NCBI GenBank assembly: GCA_024233455.1
Contig: JACKPP010000001.1
Span: forward strand, 92,329-156,328
DNA length: 64,000 bases
Source: Chlamydiales bacterium
GTDB taxonomy: Bacteria; Chlamydiota; Chlamydiia; Chlamydiales; JACKPQ01
Direction of reading: 5' to 3'
This document shows positions 52,408-59,276 of this stretch, in pieces (within the stretch, counting starts at the first letter, position 1; every line of letters begins with the position of its first letter). The notes below the pieces were generated by a model that had not been told where the DNA came from, searched no databases, and saw nothing but the letters and a program-made list of their open reading frames with translations. Both the position numbers and the translations under genes were made by a program.

Positions 52408-53130
52408 ATGAGATTTATTAGTTGGATCATAGGTGTTGCCCTCTTTCTTTTGGTGATTGCTGTAGGAGCTGCATTCATCATGTATCCCCGCCTTCCTAGC
52501 TATCTTTCCAAGACGCTTTCCGAAAAATTCCAGGTCCCTGTCCAAATTCAAGCCATCGACCTAACGTGGAATAAATTTGTGATCAAAGACATAGACATTG
52601 GTAACCCTAAAGGAAGCAAACTGCCTACCGCGCTCAAAGTCCAAACCACAACCATGAAAGCGCCGCCCCTTAACTACCTCAAAGAAAATATCATCATCGA
52701 TGAAATTAGACTAGACAACATCTACGCTAGTATCGAATTTTACAATAGCAAAAACACCGAAGGCAACTGGACCGTCCTTATCGACAACCTTGATCAAAAC
52801 GATTCATTTGGCGCCTCTGAAAGAGGAGAAAATTCAAAAGATAACGAAGGTCGCACAGTTCTTATAAAAAAACTCATCATGACAAATATCACAATTGACC
52901 TTGTTCGCTACGGAAAAGATCCCACCCGCCTTTCTCCTATCCGACGCATTGAGCTAGATAACGTCAGCAGTGAAAAAGGATTTCCAACCGAAGAAATCAC
53001 CGAAATCATCATTCAGAAAATGATGGAGCAAATTTTCTCCATTCAGGGTCTTTCTAACATGTTCCAATCCATCATCGAAACACCGACGCGCACTGCCGGC
53101 GATATCCTAAAAGGGATTTTCGGCGGTTAA
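52408..53130 (+). CDS. hypothetical membrane-anchored protein
   Basis: N-terminal TM helix (IIGVALFLLVIAVGAAFIM), then a soluble domain; 240 aa; no motif recognised. Confidence 0.4.
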   Translation: MRFISWIIGVALFLLVIAVGAAFIMYPRLPSYLSKTLSEKFQVPVQIQAIDLTWNKFVIKDIDIGNPKGSKLPTALKVQTTTMKAPPLNYLKENIIIDEIRLDNIYASIEFYNSKNTEGNWTVLIDNLDQNDSFGASERGENSKDNEGRTVLIKKLIMTNITIDLVRYGKDPTRLSPIRRIELDNVSSEKGFPTEEITEIIIQKMMEQIFSIQGLSNMFQSIIETPTRTAGDILKGIFGG

Positions 53131-53290
53131 AAAACAATTGATTTCAGATATAGCAATTTAAATTTTGACTAAAAAAACCTAAGGCGCTCTACCTGCCGGC
53201 ATCCTTATCTTTATCATTGAAAATTTAAACTGCTATATACCCAATCTGTCAAATCGTATACTCTGGTTAAAGCTGGAGGTTAAAGTCCTT

Positions 53291-54160
53291 ATGAAGGCGC
53301 GCATAGCTATCTTTTGTACGCTCATATCTATTTCTATACTTGCGGGTGTTTTATGCTTTCCTTTTAAGAACCCCAGTACCAAAATTTACGACTGTTTTTT
53401 ATTCTTTAACGAATTAGAAATGCTCGATATTCGGTTTGCTGAACTCTACGACCAAGTCGACCACTTTGTGCTAGTCGAATCAACTGAAACCTTTCAGGGA
53501 AATCCCAAGCCACTCATCTTTGCTGAAAACAAAGAGCGCTTTGGCCCTTACTTAGACAAAATTATCCACGTTACTATTAATGAGCACTATGAAACAACTG
53601 ATCCTTGGCAACGGGAATATTATCAACGCAACCAAATTATGCGCGGCTTAAAAGACTGCAATAAGCACGACATCATTATCGTCTCTGATGCCGATGAAAT
53701 ACTAAAGCAGTCCAAAATAAAAGAACTAGCACCTAACCTAGAAAAAAACCAAATTCTCTCCTGCCAGCAAAAAATGTATCTTTTCTACCTAGACCGTCCC
53801 ACCCGCTACCTATGGAATGGCTCAATGGTCACCACATATGGGCAACTGCAACGCACCAAGCCTTACGCTCTACGAAAAATGCGCAACTTAAAAAAATCCA
53901 AACTCAAACGTTTTTCCATTAGAAAAGCCCAATCGCTAAAAGACATGGGCTGGCACTTCAACTCCCTAGGTGGCTACGAGCGATACCTAAAAAAACTTGC
54001 CGCCTTCTCTCACACTGAGTGCAAAGTGCCCGACTCAATCGAAGAGATGCGCAAGCATCTCGTTGATGTTGACACTTGTCAAATCGATGAAAGCTATCCT
54101 CAGTACGTTACCCAGAACCTGGACAAACTCACTCATTTTTTAGACTCTTTTACCCGCTGA
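53291..54160 (+). CDS. glycosyltransferase family 17-like protein (beta-1,4-mannosyl-glycoprotein beta-1,4-N-acetylglucosaminyltransferase / GnT-III-like)
   Basis: N-terminal TM anchor then KIYDCFLFFNELEMLDIRFAELYDQVDHFVLVESTETFQGNPKPL, matching the GT17 signature (YDxFxFxNELDLLE.R...VD.FVIxES..TFTG.pKPL); GGAGG RBS. Confidence 0.55.
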   Translation: MKARIAIFCTLISISILAGVLCFPFKNPSTKIYDCFLFFNELEMLDIRFAELYDQVDHFVLVESTETFQGNPKPLIFAENKERFGPYLDKIIHVTINEHYETTDPWQREYYQRNQIMRGLKDCNKHDIIIVSDADEILKQSKIKELAPNLEKNQILSCQQKMYLFYLDRPTRYLWNGSMVTTYGQLQRTKPYALRKMRNLKKSKLKRFSIRKAQSLKDMGWHFNSLGGYERYLKKLAAFSHTECKVPDSIEEMRKHLVDVDTCQIDESYPQYVTQNLDKLTHFLDSFTR

Positions 54161-54274
54161 GAGCCCTTGTGCGCTAACTCATCCAAATCCTCCTTTGAGC
54201 GTAAAGTTATATTTTGTGTAAAATATTCACAATGAACTAGTTATGTTTATTTTGTAAAAATCACCACCAAAGGG

Positions 54275-55537
54275 TTGAAATTTAACCACGAGATGGTTAT
54301 AATTCAGACTATGTATAAGCGTAATATTGAAGATAAAATTACTGAAGCTATTAAAGATACGCCCGTTATATTTTTAAACGGACCCCGCCAAGCTGGAAAA
54401 AGCACTTTAATGGCGATGCTTCAAAAAAAGCACAAACCTGCCTCTTACGTGACTTTTGATGATTTGGCAATATTGGAAGCTGCATCCCAGGACCCACTGA
54501 CATTTTTAGAATCAGCTTCTACCAAGCATCTAATTATTGATGAGGTCCAAAAGCTGCCTGATCTTTTTCCTGCAATGAAGCTACTTGTTGATCGCGACCG
54601 CAGGCCTGGTCGCTTTCTATTAACCGGTTCTGCCAATATTCTTCTACTTCCACAAATTGCTGAAAGTTTAGCTGGTCGAACAGAAATTTTAACCCTCTAC
54701 CCCCTATCGGTTGGAGAACTTCAAGGAAAGAAAGAAACCTTTATCGAGCGTGTTTTTAGTGGAGAATTTCAATCGGAGAATTTTGAAATTGATGCCTTGT
54801 GTCGGCTGATCCATTCGGGTGGGTTTCCAGAGGTGATTGATCGCAAAAACGACGCGCGAAAAAAAGCTTGGTTTAGATCTTATGTTGACACCATTTTAAA
54901 GCGCGATGTGCAAAATTTAGCTAAAATCGAAGGATTAACAAAATTACCCAACCTGCTCTCGTTGATCGGTACATACGCCAGCGGTACGATCCGTTATGAA
55001 GACTTATCTAAATCTTGCCAGTTGCCTTCGACTACTCTTAAGCGGTATTTGATTCTCCTTGAGACATTTTTCCTGATACACACTTTGCCTGCGTGGTCTA
55101 GCAACCTCGGTAAGCGTCTGGTTAAAGCGCCCAAAATCTACATTAATGACTGTGGCTTGCTTTGCTATTTACTAGGTCTTGATTTGGAATCTGTGCGACC
55201 TTTAACACCAGATTGGGGCAAGCTGGTTGAAACGTTTGTCGTAAATGAAGTGAAAAAAATAGCTACCTGGAGCGCTCGCCCTGCCAATCTCTACTATTAC
55301 CGTACCTACTCCAAAGAAGAAGTTGACCTGGTCGTTGAATCCGATAGAAGAGAAGTCGTAGGGATTGAGGTAAAAGCAACTAAGAAATTGAAATCTTCTG
55401 ACTTTAAAGCCATGCACCGCCTAAAGGAATCTGCAGGTGATCGGTTCAAAAGAGGGGTCATCTTATATCTAGGTGAGCAAGTCCTTCCATTTGGCCCTGA
55501 TATGGTGGCTGTTCCTATCAGCAACCTTTGGCTATAG
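54275..55537 (+). CDS. AAA+ ATPase of the AAA_14/DUF4143 family
   Basis: Walker A GPRQAGKST, Walker B LIIDEVQ, C-terminal DUF4143-type region (...EVDLVVESDRREVVGIEVKATKKL...). Confidence 0.65.
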   Translation: MKFNHEMVIIQTMYKRNIEDKITEAIKDTPVIFLNGPRQAGKSTLMAMLQKKHKPASYVTFDDLAILEAASQDPLTFLESASTKHLIIDEVQKLPDLFPAMKLLVDRDRRPGRFLLTGSANILLLPQIAESLAGRTEILTLYPLSVGELQGKKETFIERVFSGEFQSENFEIDALCRLIHSGGFPEVIDRKNDARKKAWFRSYVDTILKRDVQNLAKIEGLTKLPNLLSLIGTYASGTIRYEDLSKSCQLPSTTLKRYLILLETFFLIHTLPAWSSNLGKRLVKAPKIYINDCGLLCYLLGLDLESVRPLTPDWGKLVETFVVNEVKKIATWSARPANLYYYRTYSKEEVDLVVESDRREVVGIEVKATKKLKSSDFKAMHRLKESAGDRFKRGVILYLGEQVLPFGPDMVAVPISNLWL

Positions 55538-56560
55538 GGTAAACTCCCTGTTTAGGTTTTTTACCCGCTGAGCAAGCAAGGGAATGTACTTTTCAAGCCA
55601 AGTTAAAACCCTTGAATGCACATGAGGCCTATATATCAACGACGTCATGAGGATTTCAGGAACATTGATTGGAGCATCGGGGTTTTCTAATAGCTTCCTG
55701 TATACCACATACAAACAAAGGAAAAAACGGGACCTATTTATCCCTCCAGCGCAGTGGATAAAAGGAACACCCTCAGGATTTTCAACAACTAATTGATGAA
55801 AACGCTCTAAAAGCTCAAACAACAACGCTTGATCGGGGTTATCCTGTTGGTCTTGCCAATGATCCAAATGCAATTGCGTAAAAGAATGCCCTTTATAGCT
55901 AAGGTTCCGAACGGCCAGACATTGTTTATTATTTTGAGAATCGACTATTTCTTCTTGCTGTAAATAATCTGTCCAACAATCTTCACACTGTTTTCCTCTA
56001 GCATCATCGCTACTAGATAGATTAACCCAAGCCGGTGTGGAATGCTTACAGATAGCTTCCAAAATCTCATTTGCCGTAGGCTCACATGAAAATTGATCCT
56101 GATTGACAATAGGCAATTGATGAAGCACATAAGTGCGCCCATCAAGCACCACATAACTCCCAGCTATTCTGGGGTCTTTTACATGGCTAAATTCAGGCCC
56201 TTGCACATCGGAGAAAGGTCTATCGACATATTGCCTATAACCCAATGTTAACGTAGTTTTAGCCAGAGGAGCAAATTCTTTGACCGGCTCAATCCATGGT
56301 TTTCTATCAATCTTACTGGCCGGGGTACCCAAGTTTTCAGATAACTTTTTTACTTTTGCAACTAAGTGAGGTGGTGGTGAGGCACAAAACCGTCGTTCAA
56401 GCGTGAACTCACCCTCAGTGCTAAATCTAGTGCTACTTCCGCTATAATCTGGGGCAAAAGTTGGTGAAAACCGCCCCATGGGCGATAAGCTAAATTCTGG
56501 ATTCCATTCATCTGATGAGTGTAAGGGAGACGGGGGTGGACTCATGACGGCTGTTACCAT
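55532..56560 (-). CDS. protein tyrosine phosphatase-domain protein with disordered Pro/Ser-rich N-terminus (candidate secreted effector)
   Basis: C-terminal domain with PTP P-loop VPFIHCAGGINRSRFF (HCxxGxxRS) and upstream WPD-like HLDHWQDQQ; N-terminal about 130 aa Pro/Ser-rich low complexity. Confidence 0.6.
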   Translation of the reverse strand: MVTAVMSPPPSPLHSSDEWNPEFSLSPMGRFSPTFAPDYSGSSTRFSTEGEFTLERRFCASPPPHLVAKVKKLSENLGTPASKIDRKPWIEPVKEFAPLAKTTLTLGYRQYVDRPFSDVQGPEFSHVKDPRIAGSYVVLDGRTYVLHQLPIVNQDQFSCEPTANEILEAICKHSTPAWVNLSSSDDARGKQCEDCWTDYLQQEEIVDSQNNKQCLAVRNLSYKGHSFTQLHLDHWQDQQDNPDQALLFELLERFHQLVVENPEGVPFIHCAGGINRSRFFLCLYVVYRKLLENPDAPINVPEILMTSLIYRPHVHSRVLTWLEKYIPLLAQRVKNLNREFTL

Positions 56561-56614
56561 AATCGAACTCCTAGTTTTTGGGGGATTATACCCTTGAAAA
56601 ATTTAAAAACTAGG

Positions 56615-57445
56615 TTAAAATCTTTTCACTCTCCTGTGGCAATAAGGCGCCTTACCGGTCTTTTCGTAATAACTTTGGTGGTAATCCTCGGCCGGATAAA
56701 ACCTTGAAGCTGGACTCACCTGCGTTGCCACACTTAGCCCTTGCCTTTCTAGTTCAGTAATCAATTGCTCGCACGTGGCCTTTTGCTCCTTGGTAAAATA
56801 AAAAACTTCAGAGCGGTACTGAGAGCCCAAATCAGGCCCTTGTCCGTCCTTCTGCGTGGGATCATGCAGCTCAAAAAACGCTTTCAAAACCTTTTCCACA
56901 CACCCTACCTCAAAAGTCACCAGGACGGCTTCGGCATGTCCAGTACTGCCATGACACACCTCTTCATACGTCGGATCTACCACTTCCCCACCAATATAGC
57001 CACTAACTGCCGTCTTTGAAACAGCCCTCATCAAATGCTCCACACCCCAAAAGCAACCCCCAGCAACCACAATCTTTTCATACCCCTTCTCATCCCTTGC
57101 GCCCACAAAATCCAACGCCACTGAATTGATACAATAGCGGCGATTCTTCGGCGTCAGGCGCTCTCCATCAAAGACATGTCCCAAATGCCCCTGACACCTC
57201 AAACAAACCACCTCTGTCCGATCCCCATCTGGCCGCTCTTCCACTTCAAGGGCCTCATCAAAGCTGGGCCAACCACATCCGCAACTAAACTTACTGCTCG
57301 ACAAAAACAGCGGCAAATCGCACTGGCGGCAAATATAAACGCCCTCTTTGGACTGCTCACAAAAACCTCCGCTGCCAGGCGCTTCAGTTCCCTTCTCCAG
57401 GAGCACGTGTCGCTCTTCAGCTCTTAGCTGATGAAAACGTTTCAT
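56615..57445 (-). CDS. bifunctional methionine sulfoxide reductase MsrB-MsrA
   Basis: MsrB zinc CxxC pairs (CRQCD...CGCGWPSF; RCQGHLGHVFDGE) followed by MsrA GCFWG motif. Confidence 0.8.
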   Translation of the reverse strand: MKRFHQLRAEERHVLLEKGTEAPGSGGFCEQSKEGVYICRQCDLPLFLSSSKFSCGCGWPSFDEALEVEERPDGDRTEVVCLRCQGHLGHVFDGERLTPKNRRYCINSVALDFVGARDEKGYEKIVVAGGCFWGVEHLMRAVSKTAVSGYIGGEVVDPTYEEVCHGSTGHAEAVLVTFEVGCVEKVLKAFFELHDPTQKDGQGPDLGSQYRSEVFYFTKEQKATCEQLITELERQGLSVATQVSPASRFYPAEDYHQSYYEKTGKAPYCHRRVKRF

Positions 57446-58056
57446 AAAGCCCCATCCAGGCTAAAAACACCGTCTGCCAAATGCACAATTCGCACATCGG
57501 CATTACCCAGTGGTGGAATCTCCATGATATCTTGATCCAAAATATCGGCGATCAATGTTCTAATGGCTTTGCTGTGGGAAAATATAGCCACCGTTTGCCC
57601 CTTATGATCACTTGCTATTTTCTTAAGCTCAGCTGCCACTCTACTTGCCAAAGCATTCAGGGTTTCCTCTCCTTCAATCGCTACATGATTCCAGCGCTCC
57701 CTGCGATCGGGGTAAAGCGCTCTTAGCTCGTCCCACTTAGCTTTATATAGAGCTATTTTGTCCGCAATTAGCATGCCTTCACCACTGCCATTATTGATTT
57801 CGCGTAAATCCTCTCTTTGGGTAACCTCTAGGTTAAAAAGCCCAGCTGTGGCACCAGCTGTGTTGAAAGCTCTACTTAGATTCGATGAGTAAATCGCCTT
57901 TATTTGGGGGTGCTGCTGGTGTAGCATTTGTGCAGTTCGAGTGGCTTGGGCAAGACCTTCTGCATTCAACGGGATATCACTCCATCCTTGCGAGCGCCCT
58001 GCTACATTCCAATCTGTCTGCCCATGCCGAACCAGCAAAAAAGTTGTTTTTGTCAT
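57442..58056 (-). CDS. histidine phosphatase family protein (phosphoglycerate mutase-like)
   Basis: FLLVRHGQTDWNV...RSQGW catalytic RHG motif; start set at MTKTT with GGAGGT RBS; the ORF-track N-terminal extension to 58119 runs into the tandem repeat. Confidence 0.7.
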   Translation of the reverse strand: MTKTTFLLVRHGQTDWNVAGRSQGWSDIPLNAEGLAQATRTAQMLHQQHPQIKAIYSSNLSRAFNTAGATAGLFNLEVTQREDLREINNGSGEGMLIADKIALYKAKWDELRALYPDRRERWNHVAIEGEETLNALASRVAAELKKIASDHKGQTVAIFSHSKAIRTLIADILDQDIMEIPPLGNADVRIVHLADGVFSLDGAL

Positions 58057-58077
58057 GCTTTTACCTCCATTTTTCAA

Positions 58078-58499
58078 GTAATCATACTGAATTAAATATA
58101 AAATTTGGGAATATATCAAGGAAGAGGCCCGAATTTAGTTCAGGCGCAGCCGGCATCGAAGCAGCTCAGCTCCTTAGAGCTCTGCGATGCAGATGGAACT
58201 AGAAGTCGGTGCCAATCTGACGTAGATAGAAACCAAATCTTGAATTTATTTCAGTATGAAACTGAATTAAATATAAAATTTGGGAATATATCAAGGAAGA
58301 GGCCCGAATTTAGTTCAGGCGCAGCTGGCATCGAAGCAGCTCAGCTCCTTAGAGCTCTGCGATGCAGATGGAACTAGAAGTCGGTGCCAATCTGACGTAG
58401 ATAGAAACCAAATCTTGAATTTATTTCAGTATGAAACTGAATTAAATATAAAATTTGGGAATATATCAAGGAAGAGGCCCGAATTTAGTTCAGGCGCAG
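58078..58499. repeat. 175-bp non-coding tandem repeat, 2.36 copies
   Basis: unit starts at 58087, 58262, 58437 (period exactly 175 bp, not a multiple of 3); copies near-identical (one C/T difference seen); each unit contains an imperfect ~37-nt hairpin GCATCGaaGCAGCTC...GAGCTcTGCGATGC. Confidence 0.85.
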
Positions 58500-58820
58500 A
58501 TTGCATCTCATCTTTTAAAAGCGGTGCAATTTTGGACTGATCGCGGTTTTGGAGACTTTGGACTTTTCTATCTAAGAAACAAAGAAAAGCAAGAAATTGA
58601 TTTTCTTGTATCAAAAGACAAAAAACCCTGGTTTATTGTTGAGGTCAAAAATTCGGCGCATGGGGGAATTTCTCCTACGCTGTTTAAGTTCCAAGAAATG
58701 ACTCAAGCACCACATGCGTTTCAAGTAGTTTTTGATTTGGAACATCAGGATGGCAACTGCTTCGACTACACCGAACCCACCATTATCCCTGCATCATCGT
58801 TTCTATCACAACTTGTATAG
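58500..58820 (+). pseudogene. 5'-truncated remnant of a second DUF4143 ATPase gene
   Basis: translation ...FWTDRGFGDFGLFYLRNKEKQEIDFLVSKDKKPWFIVEVKNSAHGG... parallels the C-terminal 110 aa of the intact paralog at 54275-55537; no Walker motifs; 5' part replaced by the 175-bp repeat. Confidence 0.5.
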
Positions 58821-59185
58821 ATCATGGGTTGTTCCAAAGTAAATGCAAAAATAGGATCTCACCAGTCTTCGAATTTTTGGGCTGAAATAGAAGCAATCCC
58901 CCTAGAACCTAATCGAAATAACGAGAAAGAATGGCTTTTCCAAGGGCAACTGCCTGTTTAGAGTCGCCATGAGTTAGATGCTTTACTTCTATAGCTCAAA
59001 TATGTGCTATATCGTGAGTTATAGAACAAGGGTCTATAACTCAAAGAAACACCTAAACAACTTAATTTAAACAGAATAGATGTAATAAAATCCGATTAAA
59101 ATTCTATCGGCATTTAGAGTGCCATTGCTAAGCAGTTAAACTGACGATAGAATCCAGAAATTGCCAAAAATAAAAAGGGGTAAAA

Positions 59186-59258
59186 CTCCGGATGCTGGGC
59201 TCGAACCAGCGACAAACGGATTAACAGTCCGTTGCTCTACCAACTGAGCTAATCCGGA
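59186..59258 (-). tRNA. tRNA-Asn (anticodon GUU)
   Basis: reverse complement TCCGGATTAGCTCAGTTGGTAGAGCAACGGACTGTTAATCCGTTTGTCGCTGGTTCGAGCCCAGCATCCGGAG folds as a cloverleaf: 7-bp acceptor stem, D-loop AGTTGGTAG, anticodon loop CTGTTAA, T-loop GGTTCGAGCC; CCA not encoded. Confidence 0.85.
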
Positions 59259-59276
59259 ATATGACTGCGTCAGTAA

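Noticed and set aside
53562-53570. DnaA-box-like TTATCCACG
   Set aside because: It is a single 8/9 match inside the GT17 coding sequence with no cluster of boxes or adjacent AT-rich unwinding element. There is no evidence for an origin.
58057-58119. N-terminal extension (MIYSQILYLIQYDYLKNGGKS) of the histidine phosphatase ORF
   Set aside because: The extension is encoded by the tandem-repeat DNA. A good RBS plus ATG exists at 58056, and the conserved RHG motif begins right after it.
58140-58175. possible SRP RNA / small RNA motif (GGAAG...GCAGC) in the repeat
   Set aside because: It does not match the conserved 4.5S domain IV sequence. The similarity is only a short purine-rich string.
58105-58540. 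ORFs 58105-58377 and 58280-58540 (MGIYQGRGPNLVQAQ...) running through the 175-bp repeat
   Set aside because: They are translations of the tandem repeat itself. The period of 175 is not divisible by 3, so successive copies are read in different frames, and nothing in them resembles a protein domain. They were treated as non-coding.
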